In this document: piece by piece, positions 50,901 through 62,400 of the stretch | Layout: every line of letters starts with the position of its first letter | Position numbering within the stretch: position 1 is the stretch's first letter | From: Phoronis australis | Taxonomy: Eukaryota > Animalia > Phoronida | NCBI GenBank assembly: GCA_002633005.1 | Contig: NMRA01000060.1 | Span: 383,357 to 447,356 of the forward strand | Length of the DNA stretch: 64,000 nucleotides | Direction: 5' to 3' | Notes under the pieces: model-generated | The model's input: the letters and a program-made list of their open reading frames with translations, nothing else | Databases searched by the model: none | Told to the model about the DNA's origin: nothing | Made by a program: the position numbers and the translations under genes

Positions 50901-53900
50901 AGGAACTTCAGGAAAACAGAATAAAATTAAATTGCCACTAGTGGGCACAGTGTCCATTGGATCTGCCTGAAAGTCGTCGTCGTCTGTTGTTATCTTCATA
51001 TAAATACACTTACTAAATTTAGTAAAGATCCTGAAGTGGGTTTAGGAGATACAGCTATAGGCGCAAAACAAAACTACCAAAAGGAGGCGCCACAGTAGTC
51101 AGTCACCATCATCAAAGGTCGTCTTTACACTGAGAACATATATATTTAATACATATTTTCAAATGATTTGGTTGATATACGGGTGGAAGCCAAAAACGAG
51201 ATTTGAAAACAGCAAAAATGGCCACTAGGCGATGCAAAATACCTCGATGGCATCCAAAAACAGGAAGATAGAGTCATTAAACCAATAGATGCCTATATTT
51301 GAAATTTTATGAAAATCTGATGAGGACCTTTGAATATACAGAGGTAACCGTAAAAAAATAAAATTGCCACTAGGGGATACACCGGTAGTCGGATCCGTTT
51401 GAAAGTCGTCGTCCGCTGCTAACAACATATAAATATACTTACTAAATTTCGTAAAGATCTTGCGAATGGTTTAGGAGATAGGCGCAAAAAAAAACTGCCA
51501 CTAGGAGGCGCCACAGTAGTCGAAATCGTCAGAAAATCATCGTCAACCGACCTCTTCATACTAAGCACATACATGCCAATTTTCACAATCATCCTTTGAG
51601 CGGTTTGGTCGATAGAGAGGTGGACTCAAAAAAACGACTCGAAAGCAGTAAAAATGGCCACTAGGTGGCGCAAAATACATCGAATCCATCCGAAAACGAG
51701 AGGATGGTTTCATCTCACTAATAGGTCCTACATACCAAATTTCATGAAAATCCGTTAGGGACTTTTTAAGATACAAAGGAATGCGTAAACAAATAAAACT
51801 GCCACTAGGGGACACACTGGTAGTCGGTTCCGTCCGAAAGTTCGCTCATGCCGTCCCATCCATGAATGGAACATATGTGCTATATTTCATGAACGTATGT
51901 CAAAGCGATTTGGAGATAGAGCAGCGGACGCTGGACGGATGCAGGACGGAGATGACGGCATAATGTGCCCACATATAAATATGTGGGCGCATAAAAATTG
52001 ACTACTGTTCTAAGGGGATTCTGTACCTCAGTGATCAGGCCTAGTTGAACTTTGTTATCATTCAACAGCTAGTAGTTAAGAAATTCATGAGCACATGGTC
52101 TTGACCATTGGAATGTGACCTGCTCAGTCATCATTCCATGATGGAAACTTAATCCAAGTTCAACACCTATTTGAGACCCTCACCAACCATACTCATTTTT
52201 AACCAAATTTTGAGCCATCTTACTCATGTTTTACCAGTCGAGCAATTTCAGAGTGATCCTGGATTTTGAGAACTGTCATGAGGCCCTTTCGTACTGAAGT
52301 CGACGCATCCATATTTTGGGGAGCTGCGGTCAGTAGGAATCGTTAACTTTGGTCCTGCATTGAAGTTAATAACGCCATTGAGCTTCGCAGTAAACAGGTG
52401 GATTTTAACAGATGAGTGTTGCGTTAACGCTGTGGTGCAACATGAACAGTCAACTCCAGTTTCATCGAAGTTATCGCCAGGGGCCAATGCTATCATCAAC
52501 AATTAAAGGGCAGTATCGTCGAGCGCGCACGAGATGTATCACCACTACAAATGCGATTGCTTCGATGATGACAGATCACCCCGATGACATTAACTACTAG
52601 TACTTAACAAAGCTGGTATGAACAATTCAATTAACTTCTTAGTTTATATCGAGGCTTCACTCATACCAGACTTGAGTTAGTACGAAAGGACCTACATATT
52701 TAATTGCCTGTTTTTCTTATATTGAAATCAACAAAACTATACCTTGAAAAGGTCAGAAGAATTACGGTAGTAAGCCGTGGGCATGGTTGGGGATTGTGAA
52801 GATGACTCTCCATTTTTTCAAAAGGTTTTGTACTGCCAACCTGCAATAACTCCGATAACTCACACTTCAAACAGTGGCTGTGCTAACTACCGAAGCAGGT
52901 CTGAAATGTTTGACTAACTTCCTAGTTTACATACAGACTCCTCTAGTACAGGAGTAAAGTTAGGTCAGCAACAAAACAGCTCATTTTCGAAATAGCCAGG
53001 CCATATTTAAATTCACTACGCCGTCTGACAACGGCCAGGTCTTTGATGGACAGGAGTTCAGCGCCACCAACAGATCAAATGTAAATCAAACAGGAGGTTT
53101 CAACCTTCTGGTACAAGCATCATATTACATACATTTCTCCCATGTGAAGAAAAATCCATGGGTGTGAAGTCATTGGTTATGATTGACGAAGTAGGAGACT
53201 TTCGATTCCAGTCAAAGTCAGAGAGCTAAATTGTTTGATAAGGTAGACTTTACTAATTTAATATAGTGACCTCAACCTAATCAAACAATGTGAGGGGCTG
53301 ACAGTAGGATTTATTCATCCGTTTTTAAATTAATCGACTAACCCATTTTCTGTCAACTGAATCTGAGAAGGCATCCAGTGGGAAGTTGCTTTTGCTGTTC
53401 TCACTCTCATTAAGCTAGAGAGGGGCCAGACATTTGGCTATTGGGACTACTATTGCTGACACTTATTCTCTCAGAGCTAATTGTCAGTCTGTCAAGCTCA
53501 TTGACCGATTCACAATCAATAGAAATTGAGCAAATCTTGATTGAATAAGAATGTGTTCTCTTGGCTTCTCGGATGGAATAAAAATATTACGAAAACACGG
53601 CCTTGCCTGTGGGTGAGTAAAATAACACAGAGTCTAAAAATTGAGTCAACTTACTTGGTGTATCCCTTATGGAAAACTATTTTAAACAAAATGTTGAGAT
53701 TTATGTATGCATGAATGCACCCAGACAGTGTTTAGGTGGCTGGATGGTTTGACTTATGATGTTGTTTACAAATTGTAATTTACCTCATAAATTTTCATTA
53801 CCGCCCACTTGTGTTGCATTTGTAAGGACTAGCACTAGCACTAGAAAAACTTGAATGGCTCAATTACAAAACCTTGAAAATTTCTTATATCTTATTCGCC

Positions 53901-56900
53901 TAATAAGCGCCCATGACCCTATAAGCACACCCCATGTGTTTAACTTTTCAGATTGCGCTAAAATAAGCGCTCAGCCCATGAACGTCTATACATGTGAAAA
54001 ATGCCTTACCTATAGTTCTAAAATTCTACAGTAGAACATCTTCAATTTATCAATTATATCCGACAGTTCTGAAAAAACACGGTGCCTGGAATTTCTAGAC
54101 TACTAGCCACGCCGCTACATCAGTATTTAGTCATGATTGTACCCTTCAAAGTTCCACAGTGCTTCAAAAAAAAAAAAAAAACACAAAAGTTTTACTAATC
54201 TTGCGAAGAACGTGTCCCACTATGATCAGGCCTTTCAGAACAGACGCAGCGTACTTGCCAAGGGTATTGTATTTTTCCCGTACAGATCTTCTCCCTCAAC
54301 ACTACAGGAATCCAGATTTTTTCACAAACGTGAAAACCGCGAATCGAAGACTAATAAAAAAATTGACTAGTGTTAAGAGCACATGGCCAAGAAGCCCGCA
54401 TGTGTGTTCGTCCAGATTTTTCTCGTGTCGCGGGGTGCGATCTAGCGCAGATTTTGACTTAATCTGTGGTTAATCCAAACTCCACAGGAACTTAAAAAAT
54501 CTTAGGGACGCTATTTGGAAAACTTAAGGATTTCAGGATTTCAGGTAATTTGTTGAGTCAAAACTGTATTTTTATTCAAGAATTCAAGTTGCCCTATTGA
54601 CGATCCAAGCATCAGTCGGCGAGTTTTCATACTGGGATTTCCGCACAATTTTCTGAAAAAGGATCGTAATTTAACAACGAAGTTTGATAGCAATGCACCA
54701 CAACTTTGTGGAAAGTCTGTCATAGGTTACAGATATGTCACAGCTTGTACATTTGATGAATGCTAGCTTCCGATTTCACCCGTTTTGGAGACCGTGTTTC
54801 AACTGCTCTAGGCTACAATAAGCGCCACCCTCCAGGCCTTTATCCAGGATTTTGAAAATAGGGTGTCTAAAATGGGGTTCCCAATATTCCAGGGCGTCCA
54901 TGATTCCGACGTGTAACCCCCCAACCCCAGCAAAATCCCCAAACACACAGATTTTTTTACAAAAAAATGCATAGATCAAGGTTTTTACATCTAAGTTGAT
55001 AAAACAGCCTTCTATGGTGAGCATTTTTACTAAAAAAATGTGTAGACCAAGACTTTTACAATGCTGTCAATCAAGTGTCAGAATAGCAATAATGCATATA
55101 CTTTGTATCTAAGCATTGTATATTTCTTCCTGCTTTGAAAAAAGAGCCACCACTGTGAGCCTTCAGAGGCTTCCTAGTATTCATTACAATGTGTGAATCC
55201 AAACTTGAAAGGTTCCTATTGACAGTGGGCGTCCAAATGATACATTGGGCGTCCTAGGAGGTCCAGATTAGTGCTAGGGCGTCTATCTGGACGCCCAGGA
55301 CGTACGCTGCATAAAGGCCTGCCACCCTCCTGAAAAGAATTCTTCTAAGCACCCTGGGTGCTTATTCGGGCGGATACGGTAATGACTTTTTGAGCTCCGA
55401 AACTCCTATTCTGAAGTTGAGAAGCTAAATGTAAACTTTTGTTTGAGGTCCTTAAAAATGTTCATGCTTCAAAGACACTGGCTATAATTTATATGCCACG
55501 CAAAACCCCAAAGCCCACGAAAACTACCGTACATATTGAGTCTTTTCAACACAAAGGACCCTCCTTTATCATCAATCTCCAAGCAAACCACAGAAAGTGC
55601 TGACAAAAATGTTGCTGTTGAGGCACTGAAGCACTTATTAGTTTTGTTTTCACTTAATTTGTTTTATTTATTTACTTGTTACACAACTTAAAATTATTAT
55701 TATTTTAATGTGGAGCCAGTGGCTCATGGGCACTGTTTTAAAATTGATCTTAAATACTGTTATTGACTTGACTAGGCATGACTTCTTCCCATGCTGAGAT
55801 AATCTAGTGGCCATCCATCTGCATGGTACCAACTGTGTAGGACAAAGAGGGGACTTGGTGCAACTGTAATCTTCAAGTTAATCCATCCTGCTTGTGTGCA
55901 CACACAACCAAATCCCACCAAGACTGTCTTTGTCCTCCCAAATTTGCTGTTGCACACTCCACAGGAGTTGGAGCCAGTAAAGGTGCCTGTCAACTATCTT
56001 CTATAGACATTGTGTAACCAGGTGTGAACAACAATCAGTTGTCAACAAATCTGTCAGAGGTTCCAAACTACATAACACAAAAGGGTGATTAGGTGGACTG
56101 GTAAACAAGGGTGGCCATTTTTAGTTCACTGACTGTCATTGTAGGATCTATTACAGATGTATTTGCATGTTCCTAACTATGCTAGTGTACTAGTATAGCA
56201 GGAACTAAACGACAATGCTATTTTAGCATAATCTACGATAAACAAAGTGCAGTTGTAATCATTGACGACTTATAAATGTGAAGACAAAAAAAAATCTGCA
56301 AATAGGTGATCTTTTTGCACCAATGACATACCTCGCAGGCTCACATAGCCTGTAATATTATTCCCCAACACCACATCATGATATTTACACGGCACGGTTC
56401 AGTGATTTGCAGTGGATCACTTTCACCACAAAACTTGTTCTTAAAATCATTTGACAATTTTTCAACCTACTTTATATTCACATAGTAGTTATATGTTGTG
56501 TTTCTTACTAACTTGGCCAAGCAGTCACAGAGATAAGGAATTAGCCTGCAAGTTCCACTTTACGGTGGGCAGCGGGCACACATGCAAGCAGACTCACATA
56601 CACGCGTACACACACACACAACTGATGGATATGATAGACACACAGCTCCAAACATCCACAAAATTATCTTCCCAGTTTAGCAAGCAAATAAGCATGAACT
56701 GTCATCAAAATTACATCCTAATATCAAACACCTTGCAAGAGGCACATACCGTATTCAGTGTTGAGGAGTGACATGTTTTGGAGTAATGTGATGCAATTGA
56801 GCAAAAGAAGACAGACATATTGATTTGATGAGTAATTCTTTGAAAGTATAGGGTGAACACCGCATGCCATAAACACAGTGAACATTTAGCAAATTTCACA

Positions 56901-58523
56901 AACATCTGTAAGTTTCAATGTCTGAATTCTTATCAAATATACGAGTCACACACCAGACATACACTGACTTCTGGAGTTAAAACACTCGAGACTAGTACCT
57001 TGAACCTGTCTGAGGACAACTTACATAACCCAGAGTCCATAAATGAAAATTGTAAATTAAAATCTAATATCATACCAGTAAGCTAAAACCAAAACTATTA
57101 ATTTATCTTGAGATATGTGAGACAGATTGCTTGTTGAAGTAATTGTGATATCAACATATACGGTATACTCTCCCTTCTCCCTCCAATGCCCACCAGTCCC
57201 ACACCTGTCCAAGATGACTGGAGGCAATCGAGGTCTTACAATTCTTATCTGCTTAGAACTCCATCAAATGCCCTACCTGTTATTTAGGGACTGCACCTAA
57301 ATCCTGGCACTTTCAATAAGTAGGTTATGTTTACCGGTATGGTCTACGTTTAAGTAATAAACTTCTACTATCACGGTAAAAAATTGAAAGCATACCATGA
57401 CAGTTTCGCCAAATGCTATTCTACTTGATGAGAATAAATTCGATACACAATCTGTCAAATTTATTGTGATCAAGCAGAATGGCCATGATAGTAGAAAATT
57501 ATTACGTATCTGACAATTTCAAATACAACACTTACTTCCAAGTGGGGAATCTAACACCCAGGAAAATATGTTTTACATTTTCTACTCTACTTTTGTACAA
57601 ACTCAAGATAAGTGTCTATTATTCTGTGCTGTAGGAGTGGTTATTGTTTACAATCCGACTCCATTAACGTACATACTTGATACTACTATTTTCTGAATCC
57701 TCTAGTCATGGTGATTCCAAAAATGTATTGCTTGTACTGATTGGTCGATTATTATTCACAATTTCCGAGTTTTTCCAAAGAGTTCATTTGCAATGCGGAT
57801 TTAGTGAGGCAGCCATTTTTAAAAGTGCGACACTTGTCAGCAGGATTGATAACTAACGGTTAACCGTGAGATGTCAAGTGTTTTCGAGGACGACATTTGT
57901 CCACGAGAACACATACTCTCGTGTTTTTTCTATTGAAGTTTTGAAGAGGGAATCCTTTATAAATGACTATTACTGTTTTTTACTCAGAGTTTCCCTAACA
58001 TGCCACGCGGTATCTTCTAGCCAATTTTGGGGTCTTTTTGACACACGCATGATCATTGTAGTTATCATTCCTGCTGACAGGTGTCACAGTTTTATAATGG
58101 CGGTCACTCGAGATCGGCTGCCGCAGATGAACACCTCGTAAAAACAGTGAATGCATGAATAAAAAGAGCCTAATGGGTACGAGTACATTTTTGGAATCAC
58201 TTGATCATGACGAGAGGATTCAGAAAATATTAATATCAAGTATGTACGTTAATGGCATTGGATTGTAAACAATAACTGGATTTACATAATGACTTACGTA
58301 GATAGTATGCGTATTATAAACAATAACCGAGTTCCATTTCGAGTAAAAAGATTAGAACCCGGACCCTGAACTGAAGAAATCTCAACTCTGACAATGCCAC
58401 AACTGCACAAGTGAAAAACTTATCTCAGAAGGACTGCAATACTTACTTCAAATACTCCAGTGAATGAGGATTTTTGGGCTTCCACAGTGAACCACCGAAC
58501 CATCCTTTCTGTTTGGGAAACAT
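29298..58523 (-). CDS. CLEC16A: Protein CLEC16A (GOP-1/Ema family; endolysosomal/autophagy regulator), 23 coding exons, 1223 aa
   Basis: All 23 exons listed below splice GT-AG with consistent phases to 3672 nt. Diagnostic FPL-domain sequence: [125 protein letters not shown]; long Ser/Pro-rich C-terminus. Confidence 0.97.
30553..30790 (-). repeat. Dispersed repeat, inverted relative to copies at 44861-45105 and 56161-56412
   Basis: Shared aactaaacgacaatgctattt, aaatgtgaaaacaa..attctgca, acttactggacac, agtgattt blocks. Confidence 0.8.
31613..31975 (-). CDS. CLEC16A: CLEC16A exon 22 (Ser/Arg/His-rich)
   Basis: [12 protein letters not shown]...[10 protein letters not shown]...VEIPLEDL...SSP; phases 1/1. 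Confidence 0.85.
32383..32532 (-). CDS. CLEC16A: CLEC16A exon 21
   Basis: [15 protein letters not shown]...[15 protein letters not shown]...RPRS; phases 1/1. Confidence 0.85.
32990..33305 (-). CDS. CLEC16A: CLEC16A exon 20
   Basis: [19 protein letters not shown]...[26 protein letters not shown]...AVP. Confidence 0.95.
33774..33925 (-). CDS. CLEC16A: CLEC16A exon 19
   Basis: [51 protein letters not shown]. Confidence 0.95.
35274..35394 (-). CDS. CLEC16A: CLEC16A exon 18
   Basis: [40 protein letters not shown]. Confidence 0.95.
35992..36120 (-). CDS. CLEC16A: CLEC16A exon 17
   Basis: [43 protein letters not shown]. Confidence 0.95.
36328..36420 (-). mobile_element. tRNA-derived SINE relic
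   Basis: Reverse strand aaggtcatgggttcaac (B-box-like) followed by gtgtccttgagcaaggca, a common SINE body motif. Confidence 0.55.
36643..36693 (-). CDS. CLEC16A: CLEC16A exon 16
   Basis: [17 protein letters not shown]. Confidence 0.92.
37325..37491 (-). CDS. CLEC16A: CLEC16A exon 15
   Basis: [20 protein letters not shown]...[21 protein letters not shown]. Confidence 0.93.
38002..38071 (-). CDS. CLEC16A: CLEC16A exon 14
   Basis: [23 protein letters not shown]. Confidence 0.9.
38645..39160. mobile_element. Inverted ~120-bp repeat between microsatellites; probable Penelope-like retroelement relic
   Basis: 38650-38767 is the reverse complement of 38959-39076; encodes ..FNAT(C/S)[10 protein letters not shown]; flanked by (CA)n/(TA)n. 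Confidence 0.6.
39197..39249 (-). CDS. CLEC16A: CLEC16A exon 13
   Basis: [18 protein letters not shown]; ctgcag/gtaggt. Confidence 0.85.
40744..40965 (-). CDS. CLEC16A: CLEC16A exon 12
   Basis: NTTDDEK...[35 protein letters not shown]. Confidence 0.93.
41590..41734 (-). CDS. CLEC16A: CLEC16A exon 11
   Basis: [48 protein letters not shown]; phases 0/1 fit. Confidence 0.85.
42638..42745 (-). CDS. CLEC16A: CLEC16A exon 10
   Basis: [36 protein letters not shown]. Confidence 0.9.
43074..43124 (-). CDS. CLEC16A: CLEC16A exon 9
   Basis: [17 protein letters not shown]. Confidence 0.9.
43275..43322 (-). ncRNA. Minimal type-I hammerhead ribozyme motif
   Basis: Minus strand GACTT-CTGAGGA-T-GGTGT-ttaataaatg-ACACC-GAAAC-AT-GTC-AAGTT: full core, stem I GACUU/AAGUU, 5-bp stem II, palindromic ACAUGU stem III, GUC cleavage triplet. 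Confidence 0.8.
43591..43774 (-). CDS. CLEC16A: CLEC16A exon 8
   Basis: [25 protein letters not shown]...[23 protein letters not shown]. Confidence 0.94.
44292..44415 (-). CDS. CLEC16A: CLEC16A exon 7
   Basis: [41 protein letters not shown]. Confidence 0.95.
45263..45368 (-). CDS. CLEC16A: CLEC16A exon 6
   Basis: [35 protein letters not shown]. Confidence 0.95.
45951..46031 (-). CDS. CLEC16A: CLEC16A exon 5
   Basis: [27 protein letters not shown]. Confidence 0.95.
46716..46783 (-). CDS. CLEC16A: CLEC16A exon 4
   Basis: [23 protein letters not shown]. Confidence 0.95.
47651..47784 (-). CDS. CLEC16A: CLEC16A exon 3
   Basis: [44 protein letters not shown]; 134 nt. Confidence 0.96.
48395..48523 (-). 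CDS. CLEC16A: CLEC16A exon 2
   Basis: [42 protein letters not shown]; 129 nt. Confidence 0.96.
49370..49810 (-). mobile_element. THAP-fragment repeat, copy D
   Basis: [46 protein letters not shown]. Confidence 0.75.
50740..51997 (+). mobile_element. Helentron/HINE-like non-autonomous element with ~400-bp internal tandem repeats
   Basis: Starts caaaagagcaacgcggagcgttgaaatgcgccca (second 5' copy at 45415-45485); inverted subterminal atgcgccca/tgggcgcat; 3' hairpin gcccacatat-aa-atatgtgggc; ggac microsatellite; repeat units near 50823, 51214, 51651. Confidence 0.7.
53890..55380. mobile_element. pogo/Tigger-like MITE hosting a nested insertion
   Basis: tattcgcctaataagcgccca / tgggtgcttattcgggcggatacggta termini. 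Confidence 0.65.
54833..55321. mobile_element. hAT MITE with perfect 8-bp TSD
   Basis: TIR CAGGCCTTTAT/ATAAAGGCCTG; CCACCCTC on both sides. Confidence 0.9.
57640..58277. mobile_element. MITE with ~90-bp TIRs in CLEC16A first coding intron
   Basis: 57640-57727 is an imperfect reverse complement of 58184-58277. Confidence 0.85.
58447..58523 (-). CDS. CLEC16A: CLEC16A coding exon 1 ([26 protein letters not shown])
   Basis: ATG at 58523, gtaagt donor; a ttgcag acceptor just before 58559 suggests an upstream non-coding exon (candidate gtgagt donor at 58630). Confidence 0.92.
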
Positions 58524-59507
58524 GTCTGGATAGTCTGTAACAACGTATCTCTTGTTTTTCTGCAATTTAAAGGAGAACACGTAACATCGTTTCGCCCGAT
58601 TCAAAACAGATTGAACTGACCGAAACTCACTTCATTTTCACTAAAAATAAGCAAGAGCCAATGTTTATTAAAATACACTTTTGATCGATAAATTAAAATA
58701 CCCAAAACTGACTAATGAATTTTTTCTGAAATTGGAATCATTCTTTCAATTTATAATCTTTTTTGATGCAATTAGCAGGTTATTGTAGTTGAGAGAACTT
58801 TTATTTGAGTCGTTTTTATGAACAGCCCGCCAGACGGCAGGCCAAAGTAAACAAGAGAAGACGACTGCTGTCGGCTTCACATGTTTGTCCGAGGGCGTAC
58901 TGAACAGCTACTATTTCCATGTTCGTTGTGCGTCGCGGAATCCTGAGGTACAAAAACCTAAGGTAATGGTAGTGATAAAGCCTTTATTTGTGTCAGGAAA
59001 TTTAGTCTAAAACTTCTTCGCTGTATCGAGCAGTGATCACAGAAAGTAGGCTGTTTTTAAAATTACTGTCATTGCCATTATTGCCAAAGTAGCGAGGACA
59101 GCATTCTTCAGCGAATCGCTTCGCGTATCTGTCACCGTGTTAAATTCGCTCACTACAATCGGCAAAAAATAACTCAAAAATGTAATAAATGTGAATAAAA
59201 ATTATTGCAAACTATGAAAAAATATATTGTTTTACTTATCTGATAATCTTTTTTTGTCACAAAATTCGTTTAATAATACTTTGCACGAGTTTTTTGCAGG
59301 GATGTGACCGATTTTTCAGACCAAAATGGATGCCGGTAAAAATGAGTGCTATTTGGTTTTCAACCCAGGAGAAGACTAAACTCCCGAATTTTTACGTGAA
59401 ACTTCGTGAAAGAACAAAAGGGAGCCTTGCGAACACGATTATGTAAGTAGTTTTCACTTTCCTGCACTTAAAAGTTGAAAAAGTCGCCTGTTCCCGCGAC
59501 CTTCAAC

Positions 59508-59761
59508 NNNNNNNNNNNNNNNNNNNNNNNNNNNNNNNNNNNNNNNNNNNNNNNNNNNNNNNNNNNNNNNNNNNNNNNNNNNNNNNNNNNNNNNNNNNNN
59601 NNNNNNNNNNNNNNNNNNNNNNNNNNNNNNNNNNNNNNNNNNNNNNNNNNNNNNNNNNNNNNNNNNNNNNNNNNNNNNNNNNNNNNNNNNNNNNNNNNNN
59701 NNNNNNNNNNNNNNNNNNNNNNNNNNNNNNNNNNNNNNNNNNNNNNNNNNNNNNNNNNNNN
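59508..59761. other. Assembly gap (N run)
   Basis: 254 consecutive N. Confidence 0.99.
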
Positions 59762-61638
59762 TTATTCAGAATATGTCAAGATAGAAAATGAAAATGTTTT
59801 AATTTTAGATTAAACAAATATTACAAATGTACAGTTCGACTGCAGTCCTGTGTTTCCAAGACTTTGTGGTCCACTACTTTGAAACATACATGCTTTCGAT
59901 AAACTTTTTTTCTGACCACGGGCCAGTATATATAGTTTTTAACGGAACAACTGAGGTTTGCCTAGACTGTTCATAAATCTCACCCTGATCTTTATCCTCC
60001 AGGTAAGCTTTGTTGGAATTTGCTGTGGACCAAACCAGTTGTTATTTTCTTCATTATTTTTGTTCTTATAATTTCACTCCTCTGTTTTGAGTTTCTATCT
60101 TCATCATGTCTCACATTTCTTTCTCAACAGACTCTGCTTCTAGCTCTTGGTCCAGATCCTTCTACTTTCCTGCTTCTACTGATTCTACTTGCATTTTATC
60201 AGTTTTTCAGTTGGACATGATCTCATAGACAAACGGTCAAAGCCTCCTTCATTTTGGCTCTCCCCTCCACCTATCGGACTGTGCTTTTCAGCTCCTGATG
60301 CTGTTGAGGAGTCTGCGAAGAAGTACCATATGCCAACACCACCTCTTAAGACACTGTCAGACAAATACTGACATGACCTATCTAGCTATTTCTTTTTTCT
60401 TTGCACAACCTTGTAGTTTAATAGTATTATGTCACCTTTGTTAAAATGTGCATAATTTCCAAGTAGGGTAACATTTTCGCATAACACTGTTCAAATAATT
60501 ATGAATTATAGTATTCTTTCAGGTCCTCGGATATCTGTCTTGGTTTAATATTACAACGAAGATGAGGCTATCTACTCCTTTCGGCTGATTGATGACTTTG
60601 GTCAAAGGGACTTCGAAGTTCTGGAATAACTCAGTGTTGCATAGTAGATACTCCAATGCCTTATGATAGTCAGAAAGGGTTTGGCCCCCTTCCTTGAGGA
60701 TACCACAGGTCTGTGTAAGGAACTCCACTGAGCGTCTGTTTACTGGAAGGTACTTCACTGCCAGTTGTCACAGAAAGGGTTTGGCCCCTCCTTCCTTGAG
60801 GATGCCTTGAGAACTTCATTTATCTGTCCATCATAAATTCTTTTTTGTGTTCATATCACTTGAGACAATTTTAGGATTATGAATATTCCAGTTGCTGGTT
60901 TTATAGCATGAACATTCCTGGATGGCTCATAACAGGGTCTTCATTTTATTACATTGTTGTGGAAAGTTTATGTAAAAGTTTTATTTATTATATGTCTTTC
61001 AGAAGCTTGTATTAAAATGTTCTATATATCATTCTTGTCATCAATACATTTTTGAAATGATGTTTGTTTATCTTTGATTTTTACTTAATGTAATTGAGTG
61101 ACAAAGTTAAGCCGGTAACAGCATGATTGTTAAAAACAATATCACAAATAATATTAATAATTTGCTCAACCAATTATCAAGTTTCAACTTTCCTGATAAA
61201 AAATCTTTAAAATAATACCTTATTTGTTTTTTTTTTCCTGGAGTAATTGTTATTTTATGAAAATTCGAAATTGCAAAATTGTACGTAGTGACCTCTCTTT
61301 GTCGGCTGTGTTGACTTTAAGGTCAATATCTTCGCACAGGAACGTCTAATCGAAATGGTTTTTTGGCAAATTTTTCATCATAAAAAGTTCTTTAAAATGA
61401 TGTATTACATGTCTATTTACGTTTCTTAGTTTTGAAATAATAATATTTTGAACTCGCAGATTCGATTTGACAGAATTTTTAACAAAAATTTTGACACGAA
61501 AATGACATTTTCTCCGGAACCATAAGTCCAATTTAAAAAATTTTACTATCGTTATTTTAGTCTCGAAAAGAGCTTTCTAATGATGTATATTACATGCACA
61601 TTTTCTAAAAGTTTTGAAAAATGCTGTCCTCCCTATTT

Positions 61639-61699
61639 TAGGCAATGACCATCGCCTCTCGTGTTGGCCTGAGCCAACAGAGGCGATGGTCATTGCCTA
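61639..61699. repeat. Near-perfect 61-nt palindrome
   Basis: taggcaatgaccatcgcctct / agaggcgatggtcattgccta (21 bp perfect) enclosing a gttggc-ctga-gccaac stem-loop. Confidence 0.9.
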
Positions 61700-62264
61700 C
61701 GCCGGTTTCTGACTGATGGCGATTCATTCTCGCAAGCGGTAGCAATGATTAACCTGGTTATAGCAATGATATGCACTTTTTGCGAAATAAGTCGTTTCCA
61801 CTATTTTGAGCCCATTCCTTGATAATAATACCTACCTTCAGTACAACTAACATTCTGGAGAATCCATGTCACCTTCAGGGCTAAAAATCCGTTCGCCTAT
61901 TTCGTTACTGTTAGCAGCCCTACCTCTGGAGCACCATCAGTACTAGTATTTATTGTGCTCTAACTTAAGATCTTGCCAAAGTTACACTTTACTACCGTGG
62001 CCGGTGAACATGACAAATGCGATTCTGGTTTCGGTCTTCACTTCCTAAGAGTTCAAAATATGTTCGATGTTGTGGCTTCAGGGTCAAAATATAAATAAGA
62101 GCAAACATCAAAGCTAAAAGAAGTCAATATTTCTAGACTATGACGTTTTATCACCAACTGCATTATTGCCACAAGCAGCTTTAAACTTCGTTGCAGCATG
62201 GTTGCAGTGACCGGCGTCGTGGCAACAGTGGTTCTCATTCATACCCACGTAAACATTCATTCAT

Positions 62265-62400
62265 TGACTTGTAAGACCGAGCTTAGAGGAGTAGGAGATA
62301 CATTAATGCAATGCTCGAATGGCTGCCAGCCACGATTTGAACCCGGGTCTCGCAATTAATGAGATTCCGAGGCTCAAACCACTGAGCCACCCTGTCTCCA
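62265..62400 (-). mobile_element. tRNA-derived SINE head
   Basis: Minus strand ggtggctcagtgg (A box) ... cccgggttcaaatc (B box); no full cloverleaf. Confidence 0.65.

Noticed and set aside
59475-59813. 112-aa ORF
   Set aside because: Artefact of translating the N gap
62330-62400. tRNA gene
   Set aside because: A and B boxes present but no acceptor stem or clean cloverleaf; treated as SINE head
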